A DNA stretch of 64,000 bases, taken from Mobula hypostoma. Taxonomy: Eukaryota. Position numbers and translations under genes: made by a program. The stretch is from assembly GCF_963921235.1 (NCBI RefSeq), contig NC_086097.1, forward strand, positions 219,978,001 to 220,042,000, read 5' to 3'. The notes beneath the pieces were generated by a model, which did not search any database, was not told where the DNA came from, and worked only from the letters and a program-made list of their open reading frames with translations. Position 1 is the first letter of the stretch. Every line of letters begins with the position of its first letter. Positions 12,815 through 23,729 of the stretch are shown in pieces.

Positions 12815-12932
12815 CAGTCCTGCCGAAGGGGTTCGGCCCAAAACATCAACTGCACTTTTTTCAGTAGATATTGCCTGGCCTGCTGAGTTCCTCCAGCATT
12901 TTGAGTGTGTTGCAAAGTCTGCTGCCTCTGCA
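12815..12932 (+). mobile_element. Degenerate PLE terminal-repeat copy with decayed hammerhead core
   Basis: CAGTCCTGCCGAAGGGGTTCGGCCCAAAACATCAACTG followed by the family body ...GCCTGCTGAGTTCCTCCAGCATTTTGAGTGTGTTGC. Confidence 0.75.
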
Positions 12933-13336
12933 GTATGAGGCATTGCATGTTACATTGTCAGAGCGTCTGGGATGAAAATGCCTTTCCCCACATCACCTCT
13001 GGCTCTGCCACAATGACAATAAGTCTAAACTCTTCTGCCAGCAGGAAGCATTTTTCTCTAATTAACTCCATTAAAACTCTTCCACATTTTGAACACCTCT
13101 AACATATCTTAAGCAATAAAGACCATCAACTTGATCCACAAAATGCTGCTCAACCTGCTGAATATTTTCAGTCTTTTCAATCTTTATTTTGGCCTTATCT
13201 GCAATTTTCACTTAACCCCTTAAACTTCTTTGCTCAAAGCAAACAATCCTAGCTTCTCTAGTTCCTTCACTTAACCAAATATAAGTAATCAAAAAACTGT
13301 TTGTAAGTTTAGAAGCAGGTTTATCAGTCAACATAA

Positions 13337-13682
13337 ATTGCATTGATCATGTGGATAGCCAGAGGCTTTTTCCCAGGGCTGAAATGGCTAACACGAGGGG
13401 GCATAGTTTTGAGATGCTTGGAAGTAGGTACAAGGGGGATATCAGAGGTAAGTTTTTCACACAGAGAGTGGTGGGTATGTGGAATGCACTGCCAGTGGCG
13501 GTGGTGGAAGCGGATACAATAAGGTCTTTTAAGAGACTCTTTAGACAGGTACATGGAGCTTGGAAAATAGAGGGCTACGCGGTAGGGTAATTCTAGACAG
13601 TTTCTCAAATAGGTTACATAGCCGGCACAACATTGTAGGTTGAAGGGCCCGTAATGTGCTGTAGATTTTTATGATTCTATGA
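13337..13682 (+). mobile_element. CR1 LINE 3' fragment
   Basis: ORF2 C-terminus TRGHSF...FFTQRVVGMWNALP and an ATTCTATG-type tail. Confidence 0.88.
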
Positions 13683-14055
13683 TAAATGGCCACTTGGTCT
13701 TCAGCATCACCTGAATGGAAGGTAGAGTGAGAAATTCTGTGTGAGAAATTAATCACACACTTCCAAAAAAAATCTGAATGAAAAAGAGTGTGAAAGGTGT
13801 ACAATCCAGCCAAACATTTCGCTCCCTGCCCTCCAGATGTGGGTTATCATTCGAGAGCAAAGAACTAAGACTACTACAGATCCCATGGCAGTGTTGTAAA
13901 GAGTCAAACAGGCTGCGGTGGGGTGGGGGTCGGTATCCCAGTGTTCAGAACAATTATCATCCTTCCACCAGTGTCAGTTTAACAGTTTATGCAGTCATGC
14001 AGACTGAAAGCTACAGGCAAAACAGAGGCTACACCTGAAAATTAATTTATTAGAT

Positions 14056-15357
14056 TGAACACATTGATGAAGGTAGAGCTGTAGATGTAAAGTATAAGGA
14101 TTTTAGCAAGGCATTTGATAAGGTACCCCATGCAAGACTTATTGAGAAAGTAAGGAGGCATGGGATCCAAGGGGACCTTGCTTTGTGGATCCAGAACTGG
14201 CTTGCCCACAGAAGGCAAAGAGATGTTGTAGACCAGTCATATTCTGCATGGAGGTCGGTGACCAGTGGTGTGCCTCAGGGATCTGTTCTGGGACCCCTAC
14301 TCTTTGTGATTTTTATAAATGACCTGGATGAGGAAATAGAGGGATGGGTTAGTAAATTTGCCGATGACACAAAGATCGGGGGTGTTCTGGATAATGTGGA
14401 GAGCTGTCAGAGGTTACAGCAGGACATCGATAGGATGCAAAACTGGGCTGAGAAGTGGCAGATGGAGTTCAACACAGATAAGTGTGAGGTGGTTCAGTTT
14501 GGTAGATCAAATATGATGGCAGAATATAGTTTTAATGGTAAGACTCTTGGCAGTGTGGAGGATCAGAGAGATCTTGGAGTCCGAGTCTATAGGACACTCA
14601 AAGCTGCTGCAGGTTAACTCTGTGGTTAAGAAGGCATACAGTGCATTGGCCTTCATCAATCGTGGGATTGAGTTTAAGAGTTTAAGAAGGCGTACGGTGT
14701 ATTGGCCTTCATCAATCGTGGGATTGAGTTTAAGAGTTTAAGAAGGCGTACGGTGTATTGGCCTTCATCAATCGTGGAAGTGAATTTAGGATCTGAGAGG
14801 TAATGTTGCAGCTATATAGGACCCTGGTTAGACCCCACTTGGAGTACTGTGCTCAGTTCTGGTCGCCTCATTACAGGAAGGATGTGGAAGCCATAGAAAG
14901 GGTGCAGAGGAGATTTACAAGGATGTTGCCTGGATTGGGGAGCATACCTTATGAGAATAGGTTGAATGAACTCAGCCTTTTCTCCTTGGACCGACAGAGG
15001 ATGAGAGGTGACCTGATAGAGGTGTATAAGACGATGAGAGGCATTGATCGTGTGGATAGTCCCAGGGCTGAAATGGCGAGCAAGTGAAGGCATAGTTTTA
15101 AGGTGCTTGGAAGTAGGTACAGAGGAGATGTCAGGGGTAAGTTTTTTTACACAGTGAGTGGTGAGTGTGTGGAATGGGCTGCCGGCAGCCGTGGTGGAAG
15201 TGGAAATGATAGGGTCCTGGATGGGTACATGGAGCTTAGAAAAATAGAGAGCTATGGGTAAGCCTAGTAGTTCTACGGTAAGGACATGTTCTGCACAGCT
15301 TTGTGGGCTGACGGGCCTGTATTGTGCTGTAGGTTTTCTATGTTCTATGTTCTATGA
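14056..15357 (+). mobile_element. 5'-truncated CR1 LINE
   Basis: GVPQGSVLGPLLFVIFINDLD and KFADDTK (ORF 14183-14617); LVRPHLEYC (ORF 14803-15087); tail (TTCTATG)n. Confidence 0.93.
14626..14790 (+). repeat. 56-bp tandem repeat (about 3 units) inside CR1
   Basis: Units start at 14626, 14682 and 14738 (TTAAGAAGGC...). Confidence 0.9.
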
Positions 15358-15666
15358 ACACAATCTGGGCCATCCAGGTTCTAGGAAGGGCATCATAAAA
15401 ATATTTCACTGTCCAATTTCCACTGCTCTGTTGTTCCTCTTCAAAATGGTGCCATGGGATTTTACAGTAGATTTTCAACTTTTCATCTCGATTCACTTGC
15501 CCAGAGTTTGAATTAACATATTTAATAAAACCAAAAATTAAAGACCCATTGAGGAATTATTGCCCTGTGCCTTGCTCCAGTGGAAATGATAAATATTATA
15601 AAACATAATTATCTACTGGATTTTAAAATGTATGTAACTACCAGTCCACATAACTTAGTTGCTTAC

Positions 15667-15731
15667 CAAGAGTTCGTAGGAGAACAAATTGCATACCCAG
15701 CGCAAAAGGTCTCTCCTGATCTTCTACGGAC
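15667..15731 (-). CDS. SLCO5A1: SLCO5A1 small coding exon (65 nt, phase 2-1), absent from the ORF track
   Basis: Read by hand as (R)SVEDQERPFALGMQFVLLRTL(A). TTTTAG acceptor and GTAAG donor. It bridges the phases of the 242-nt exon and the terminal exon exactly. Confidence 0.95.
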
Positions 15732-15920
15732 CTAAAATAGAAAAGTATTTAATTTAATTTGTTCCATTAAATCATGAAAAATCATACCACATAATGTACC
15801 CAAGCATTCCTTTTGACCTTGGTAGTGTGATCATGTATATGCAATCATAATGTTTCTCTTCTAGCAGACGCTGGCTGGACTGTCGATCTTGCAAGTGTTT
15901 ATAGTTGTATAGAACAAAAT

Positions 15921-16418
15921 AACACACACAAAATGCTGGAGGAACTCAGCAGGTCATGCACAATCCTGCGAAATGAATGAACAATTGACGTTTCAGGCTC
16001 AGACCCTTCATCAGGACTGAAAGGATAGGGAAGGCACCAAAATAAAAAGATGGTGGGGGGGTGGGGCGTTAGAGGAAGGACTAGTTAGAAGGTGACAGGT
16101 GAAGCCAGCAGGCTGGGAAAGGTCAAGGACTTGAAAAGAAGTAATCTGATAGGAGAGGAGAGTGGACCATGGTGAAAGGGAAGGAGGGGCACCAGGGGAA
16201 GATAACAGGCCAATGAGGAGAGAAGAGTTGGGAATAGAAGAGGGAAGGGGGAGGGGAAAAGAAAAACAAAATTACCAAAAGGAGAAGTAAATGTTTGTGC
16301 CATCACATTGGAGACTACCTAGACAGAATATGAGTTGTTGTTCCTCCACCCTGAGAATGGCCTCATCATGGTCAAAGAGGAGACCATGGACCAACATTTT
16401 GGATCGGGAATAGGGATC
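15921..16418 (-). mobile_element. PLE 3' fragment (end of ORF, pyrimidine-rich UTR, terminal repeat with hammerhead core)
   Basis: Reverse complement aligns by eye with 28500-29057. Core CAGUC-CUGAUGA...GAAACGUC at 16019-15986. Confidence 0.8.
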
Positions 16419-16424
16419 TCTATT

Positions 16425-16628
16425 CACACATACAAACCGCTGGAGGAACTCAGTAAGTCAGGCAGCATTTGTGAAGGGGTATAAACAGTCAATGTTTTGG
16501 GCCAAGACCCTCTGAGTTCTGATAAGGATCTCAGACCTGAAATGCAGAATATCTCTCTTTCAACAACACTGCCTGACCTGAGTTCTTCCAGTTTTCTGTT
16601 TTTTATTCAAACTTCCACTGTCTGAAGA
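16425..16628. mobile_element. Degenerate fold-back PLE terminal-repeat element
   Basis: GCTGGAGGAACTCAG...CAGGCAGCA on the left is inverted against TGCCTGACCTGAGTTCTTCCAG on the right. Confidence 0.6.
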
Positions 16629-16789
16629 TATTTTCTTAATTTTCATTTGGACATATTAGCTAGGTACTGGGAATACTACACAAAATAGGGATCAGCGGCA
16701 GCAGAAGGCAGGTGGCGTACCACCAAACGCAGTGAGTTCTTTCTCCTTGTGTGGGGCTTTTTTTTAAAACCATAAGACAGATAAGATCT

Positions 16790-19700
16790 AGCAGATTGGC
16801 CATTGTGGGGGCTAGAGTCAACGTGGGAACTTAGAGGCTTCGACGAGAGGAGACTGAGGCCGAAGAAACAGGTAAGAAGAGTAGGTTTTGGCTTTCATTA
16901 TTGCTGATTTGGTCTTGGTTGTCCATTGCACAGTGCAGGCAGGATGGCAGATGTGGCAGCGGAATACTCTTCCTGTAGGATGTGGGAATTCATGGAACCC
17001 GATGGTCTCCTAGATGACTACACCTGCAGAAAGTGCAGCCAACTCCAGCTCCTGAAAGACCGCATTAAGGAGCTCAAGCTGGAGTTGGATGAATTTAGGA
17101 TCATCCGGGAGGCAGGGCAATTGTTAGATAAGACTTTTGAGCAGGTGGTTACACACAGAGTGCAGAATTCGGGGAGTAGATGGGTGAACACCGAAAGAGG
17201 TAAGGGAGAAAGAAATCAGTGGAGGGTCCCCCTGTGGCTATTCCCCTCAGCAGCAGGTATACCCCTTTGGATACTGCTGAGAGGGATGACCAATCTGCGC
17301 AAGGCAGCAGCAGCCAGACCAATAGCACTGTGGTCCGTTATGAGTCTCAGAAGGATAGGGTGAAGTCAGGCAGAGTAATAGTCATAGGAGACAGATAGGA
17401 GATTCTGTGGCAGCAAAAGAGATGCCAGGATAGTGTGTTGCCTCCCGGGTGCTAGGGTCCAGGATGTCGCTGAGTGGTTACAGAATATTCTTGAAGGGGA
17501 AGGTAAGCAGCCAGAAGACATGGTACCAATGACCTAGGCAGGAGAGGGGTAGAAGTTTTACACAGTAAGTTTAGGGAGATAGGAAGGAGATTGAAGAGCA
17601 CGACCTCCAAGGTGGTAATCTCTGGATTATTTGTGGTGCAACAAGCTAGGGAAGGTCAGAACAGGAAGATAGTGGCTGAGGAGGCAAGGTTTCAAGTTCT
17701 TGTATCATTGGAACCTTTTCTGGGGAAGGGGTGACCGGTACAAGTGGGACGGATTGTACCTGAACTGGAGGGGAACCAATATCCTGTGAGGGAGGTTTGC
17801 TAATACTATTGGGGAGGATTTAAACTAGATTTGTAGGGGGGTGGGAACTGAAGTGAAGAGGCAGAAGATGGAGGGGTTGGCACACAAGTAGAGAGGGAGT
17901 TTGTGAGGAAGGATAGACAGATGATAGAGCAAAGATGCACTCAGCCAGATGGTTTGAGACATGTCCATTTTAATGCAAGGAGTATGATAAACAAGGTGGG
18001 TGAACTTAGAGCATGGATCAATAGGTGGAACTGTGACGTCGTGGCTTGGATGTCTTCAGGGCTGTTGAGTGTGCTAGGCTTTAGATGTTTCAAAAAGGAC
18101 AGGGAGGGAGGCAAAAGAATTGGGTGCATGGCATTTCTAATTGGGGATAGTATCATGGCTGCACAAAAGGAGGAAGACATGGAGGAATGGTCTACTGAGT
18201 CATTGTGGGTGGAAGTCAGAAACAGGAAAGTGGCAATAACTCTACTGGATGTTTTTTATAGACTGCCCCCCCCCCCCCAATAGTAACAGGGATATCGAGG
18301 AGCAGATAGGGAGGCAGATTCTGAAACACTGCAATAATAATAGGGTGGTTGTGATGTGTGATTTTAACTTTCCTAATATTGACTGTCATCTACTTAGAGC
18401 AAGGATTTTGGATGGGGTGGAGTTTGTTGGGTGTGTTCAGGAAGGTTTCCTGACACAGTATGTAGATAAGCCAACCAAAGGAGAGGTGATGCTATTAGGC
18501 AGGAACTTGGGAACATAAATTGGGAGCAGATGTTCTCAGGGAAATGCATGGCAGAAATGAGGTAAATGTTCAGGGAACATTTGCATGGCATTCTGCATAG
18601 GCATTGAGGTAGGGAAAGGATGGTAGGGTAAAGAACTATTGGTACAAAGGATATAGAAAATCTAGTTAAGAAGAAAAGGAAAGCTTACGAAAGATTCAAG
18701 AAACTAGGTACTGTTAAAGCTCTAGAAAATTACTAGGTTGCCAGGAAGAAGCTTAAGACTGAAGGAGCTAAAGGAGCCATGAGAAGGCCTTGGTGAGCAG
18801 GATTAAGGAAAATCCCAAGGCATTCTACAAGTATGTGAAGAGGCAAGAGGATGAGCCGTGTGTGAATAGGACCAATCAGGAGCAATAGTGGAAACATGCA
18901 CATGGGGTCGGAGGAGGAGGTAGAAGAGGTACTTAATGAATACTTTCATAGAAAGAGGATGAGATGGAGCTTTTGAAAAGCAGTAAATTAGCTAAGTCAC
19001 CAGGTCCAAATGAGATAAACCCCAGGCTACTGTGGGAAGTGAGGGAGGAGATTGCTGTGCCTCTGGTGATGATCTTTGCATCAACAATAGGGATGGGAGA
19101 AGTACCAGCGGATTGGAAGGTTGCAAACGTCGTTCCCTTGTTCAAGAAAGGGAGTGGAGATAACCCAGGAAAATATAGACTTCAGTGGTGGGCAAGTTGT
19201 TGGAGAAGATCCTGAGAGGCAGGATTTATGAGCATTTGGACAGATATAATCTGATTAGGGATAGTCTGCATGGCTTTGCAAAGGGCAGGTTGTGCCTTAC
19301 GAGCCTGATTGAATTCTTTAAGAATGTAACAAAACACACTGATGAAGGTAGAACAGTGGATTTTGTGTATATGGATTTCAGTAAGGCATTTGATAAAGTT
19401 CCCCATGCAAGGCTCATTCAGAAACTGATGGGGCATGGGATCCAAGGAGACCTTGATTTGTGGAACCAGAATTGGCTTGCCCATAGAAGGCAAAAGGTGA
19501 CTATAGCAACACACATCAAAGTTGCTGGTGAACGCAGCAGGCCAGGCAGCATTTCTAGGAAGAGGTACAGTTGACGTTTCAGGCCGAGACCCTTTGTCAG
19601 GACTGATGAAGGGTCTCGGCCTGAAATGTCGACTGTACCTCTTCCTAGAGATGCTGCCTGGCCTGCTGCGTTCACCAGCAACTTTGATGTGTGTTGCTTG

Positions 19701-20770
19701 AATTTCCAGCATCTGCAGAATTCCTGTTGTTTGAGTTTTAAAAGGTGACTATAGATGGTTTGTATTCTGCATGGAGGTCGGGGAAAAATGGTGTTCTGCA
19801 GGGATCTGTTTTGCGACACCTCCTCTTTGTAATTTTTATAAATGACATGGATGAAGAAGTAGAAGGCTACGTTAGTAAATTTGCTGATGACACAAAAGTT
19901 GGGGGTGTTGTGGATAGTTTGGAGTGTTGTCAGTGTTTACAATGGGACAGCGATAGGATGCAGAACTGGGCTAAGAAGTGGCAGATGGAGTTCAACCCAG
20001 TTAAGTGTGAAGTAATTCATTTTGGTAGGTCAAGTTTGAAGATGAAATATAATATTAATGTAAGACTCTTGGCGGATCAGAGCGATGTTGGGGTCCTTGT
20101 CCATAGTACACTCAAAGCTCTGCACAGGTTGGCAGTGTTGTTAAGAAGGCATATGATGTGTTGGCCTTCATCAACCATGGGATCGAATTCAAGAGCCATG
20201 AGGTAATGTTACAGCTCTAGAAGACCTCAGTTAGACTCCAGCTGGAGTATTGTGTTCAGTTCTGGTCACCAGGATGTGGAGACTATAGAAAATGTGCAGA
20301 GGAGATTTACAAAGATGTTGGCTGGATTGGAGAGTGTGCCTTATGAGAATAAGTTGAGCGAACTTGGCCTTTTCTCCTTGGAGTGATAGAGGATGAGAGG
20401 TGACCTGATGGAGGTGTAGAAGATGTTGAGAAGCATTGATTGTGTGGATAGCCAGAGGCTTTTACCCAGGGCTGAAATGGTTAACATGGAGGTCCATAGT
20501 TTTAAGGTATTTGGAAGTAGGTACAGAGGGGATATCAGGGGTAAGTTTTTTCCAACAGAGAGTAGTGGGTGCATGGAATACACTGCCAGTGATGGTGGTA
20601 GATGTGGATACAATAGGGTCTTTTAAAAGATTCTTAGATAGGTACACTGAGCATAAAAAAATAGAGGGCTATGCAGTAGGGAAATTCTAGGCAGTTTCTA
20701 GAGTAGGTTACATGGTCAGCACAACATTGCAGGCCTGTAATGTGCTGTACATCTCTATGTTCTATGTTCT
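16790..20770 (+). mobile_element. Near full-length degenerate CR1 LINE (ORF1 zinc finger/coiled coil/esterase-like; ORF2 APE endonuclease and RT)
   Basis: ORF 16926-17363 has the SSCRMWE...CRKC ORF1 N-terminus. Also HFNARS and DFNFPNID (APE), DFSKAFDKVPH and KFADDTK (RT), and a CTATGTTCTATGTTCT tail. Many stops and frameshifts. Confidence 0.93.
19507..19739. mobile_element. Fold-back (palindromic) PLE mini-element, 233 bp, with 15-bp TSD
   Basis: TSD AAAAGGTGACTATAG at 19492-19506 and 19740-19754. Inverted arms of about 95 bp at 19506-19600 and 19603-19697. Confidence 0.9.
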
Positions 20771-21370
20771 AAATAATTCAACATTTTATTTCTGTCCTCC
20801 ACATCATCATCTAGAAAGCAGGTATGTCCATCACATCTGATTCTTATGAAATTCACTGTGGGCTCTGCTGATAGAGGAATAAGTTAAAACAGTATAAATG
20901 GCTTTTGAGACTGGTTGATTGAAATATCTACAAGTATGTCTTTGCTTCCATATTTATTTTGTAAAACACTGTTTGGTTATAATTAATACGGTACCATTCG
21001 GAAAGGAACCAACAACACTGTTAAAGAAGTTCATAAAATAGTTTTAAGGACATGCTTTAAAAAACATGAACACTGTTGTGGTTAGCTTAGTTACTATTCA
21101 AAAATTAGCCATCATACAGCATGAATTGATATGTCAGCCTTGCATACAAAGACACAGTGATGGGGAGAGTAAGATGGCCTGTTCTTTCAAGAGGACCCCA
21201 CACCATGATGGCTGGGATTTAAGGACTAAAACACTTCTTCACTTCTGTCTCTCCTATGAGCCCCACCACTTCACAACATTAGCATGAAGTTTCCTTACCA
21301 CTTCCAGTGACGTTACACCAGCAAAGTCAAAGCATCATTAACAAGAGTTTTAGCAACGGGGTGCTCTTAC

Positions 21371-21612
21371 CTGAGTGTCACTATGATTACTGATGGCTGT
21401 GCACAAGCTGTAATTAACGTGACGATGAAGAGAAATACTAGAAAAGGGATCAGGGTATTGCATGTCCGCTCACACTTGCCAGACACTGCATATCCATTCT
21501 CATTCAGATACGTTTTCACAATGACCAAACGGAGCTGATTCCTTTGCCCTGCTGTAGGCGGGGTTATCACTTGCCGACTTTGAACACAGGCACAGTCAGT
21601 ATAGTTCCTCAT
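21371..21612 (-). CDS. SLCO5A1: SLCO5A1 coding exon (242 nt, phase 0-2)
   Basis: Encodes MRNYTDCACVQSRQVITPPTAGQRNQLRLVIVKTYLNENGYAVSGKCERTCNTLIPFLVFLFIVTLITACAQPSVIIVTL(R). CAG acceptor after a pyrimidine tract; GTAAG donor. Confidence 0.95.
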
Positions 21613-21863
21613 CTGTGGGGGGGAAAAAAGGCATTATTGTTCTTCAGAAAGAGGTACTGCCAAAAATTAACTAAAGCTTGCTTTAGTCACTGCAAAAAGT
21701 CTGAGTTAGTTAATGTGTGAAGGAATAATGGTAAGATAGAACTATATTATAATGTAATTCCTGTCCTACAAAACCGCCACACTCCATACTTGAAGGAAAT
21801 AATAACAGCGTTTGTCATTTTTACTGTAAAACCAAACAGCCACTATCAAAGGAAAATCACTTC

Positions 21864-21952
21864 TATATTATATCAGTTAATAGCTATTCTCTATAACAGC
21901 ATATTCGCAAGTGCTATAGAAATAGAGAATAGCTATTAACCAATATAATATA
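21864..21952. repeat. Inverted repeat, 31-bp arms (29/31), 27-nt loop
   Basis: TATATTATATCAGTTAATAGCTATTCTCTAT versus ATAGAGAATAGCTATTAACCAATATAATATA. Confidence 0.88.
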
Positions 21953-22084
21953 ATTTACATTATGATATCAGTTATTCCCCATTTCATTACTTAAGTTAGT
22001 AGTTACTTTTCTTGTATACTGGATCTATGAGCTAAAACTAGTGTCCTTCAGATTTCTACCTTGCAATGTCAACAGATTTTAAAA

Positions 22085-22910
22085 TACATCACAATATTGA
22101 TCAGTTGTGGAAATGGGCAGAGAAATAGCAGATGGCGTTTAACCCAGATAAATGTGAGGTGTTGCACCTTGGTAGGGTGTACACTGTTAAGGGCAAGAGA
22201 GATCTTGGGATTCAAGTTCATAGTTCCATGGAGGGGGCTACACAGGTCAACATGATGGTTAAGAAGGCTTATGGAACACTTGCTCTTGTTAGTCAAGGCA
22301 TTGAGTTCAAAAGTCAAAAGATTATGTTACAACTATATAGAACTCTGGTTAGGCCAAATCAGGAGCATTGCAGACATTTCTGGTCACCCCACTATAGGAA
22401 GGATGTTGAAGCTTTGGAGAGGGTGCAGAAGAGGTTTACCAAGATGCTGCCTGGTTTTGCGGTCACATACTATCATGAAAGGCTGGACAAACTTTGATTG
22501 TTTTCTTTAGATCTGTGGATGCTGATGGGAGATCTGATAGGGGTTTATAAGATAATGGCAGGCATTGATATCTTTTCTCCCCCAAGGTAGAAATGTCTAA
22601 TACCAGAGGGCATGCATTGAAGGTGAGAGGGGGTAGGTCCAAAGGGGATATGAGGGGTACGTTTTTTTTTACTCAGAGAGTGGTGGATGCCTTGAATGCG
22701 CTGCCTGGTAAAGTGGTAGAAGCAAATACATTAGAAGATCTTAAGAGACATTTAGATAGGCACATGACTATGAAGAAGATGGAGGGATATGGACATTGCG
22801 TAGGTAGGACGAATTAGTTTTCGGGGTTTTCTGATTTAATTTTTAGCTGGTTTCACACAAGGGTGTGCGCCAAAGAGCTTGTTCCCATGCTTTATTGTTC
22901 TCTGTCCTAT
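22085..22910 (+). mobile_element. 5'-truncated CR1 LINE
   Basis: FNPDKCEVLHLGR, LYRTLVRP and TRGHALK...FFTQRVV in ORFs 22132-22497 and 22593-22817. Confidence 0.88.
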
Positions 22911-23729
22911 CATCTAATGACCGTTTGTACTGAAAAAGATAACTCTTTCACAACAGATACATAGATTTGACAGCCAATTATTAAAACAATACCTCACTAG
23001 GGAATTATTAGTTCCAAGATCTGAAAGTAGACATCTTCAAGGTGTCCATTAGTGATTTAAACACATTAAACAGAAGTAAGTCATTCTATCCATCCAGCTA
23101 TTCTGCCATTCAGTTTGATCACCATTATTGTCATCAACGTTTATAAATAATATATCACCAAGTCTTTTATTCAACGTTTGAATAAATATACCAAAGAGCT
23201 AAAGTCCCAGCACAGATTTTCGTAGGATACTAGCATTGACTTTTCAATTGGAAAAAGGATTTTTTTTGCTGCTTAATAAAACTGCTGATCAACTGCATTT
23301 TCTATGAGATTTTTTTTTAGTCAACAGCTGTCATGTGGAATTCAATGAAGGCATCCTAGAACTCCACAAAAATGGTACTTCTAAAAATCAAAATTGCTTG
23401 TTGGACATGCTGACTCTCATCAGATTCAAATTTTATTAGATGCTCACACATTCCTACTTGAACTATAAATTACAATACTTTACCACAACCTCTATAAAAC
23501 CAACAGGTTTATCATGGACTTTGACAAGGTCCCTCATGATCAGCTGGGCTGGAGCTAGACAAATGGATAGAAAATTGGATTCAGGTAGGGGCTCAGACGG
23601 TGGTAGTGAAAAGCTGTTTTTCAGATTGGAGGCTTGTGACCAAATGTGTGACAAAGGGATCTGTGCTGGGTCTCTTGTTTATGTTGATCTCATAATTCCT
23701 ATAGCATGGTGACCAGACAGCATATCTAT

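Noticed and set aside
14626..14790. CRISPR-like direct repeats
   Set aside because: The units are contiguous with no unique spacers and consist of CR1 ORF2 sequence.
19182..19819. Repeated peptide ATHIKVAGERSRPGSI in ORFs on both strands (also at 11496-11693) as a small protein family
   Set aside because: It is a by-product of translating the palindromic non-coding PLE repeat.
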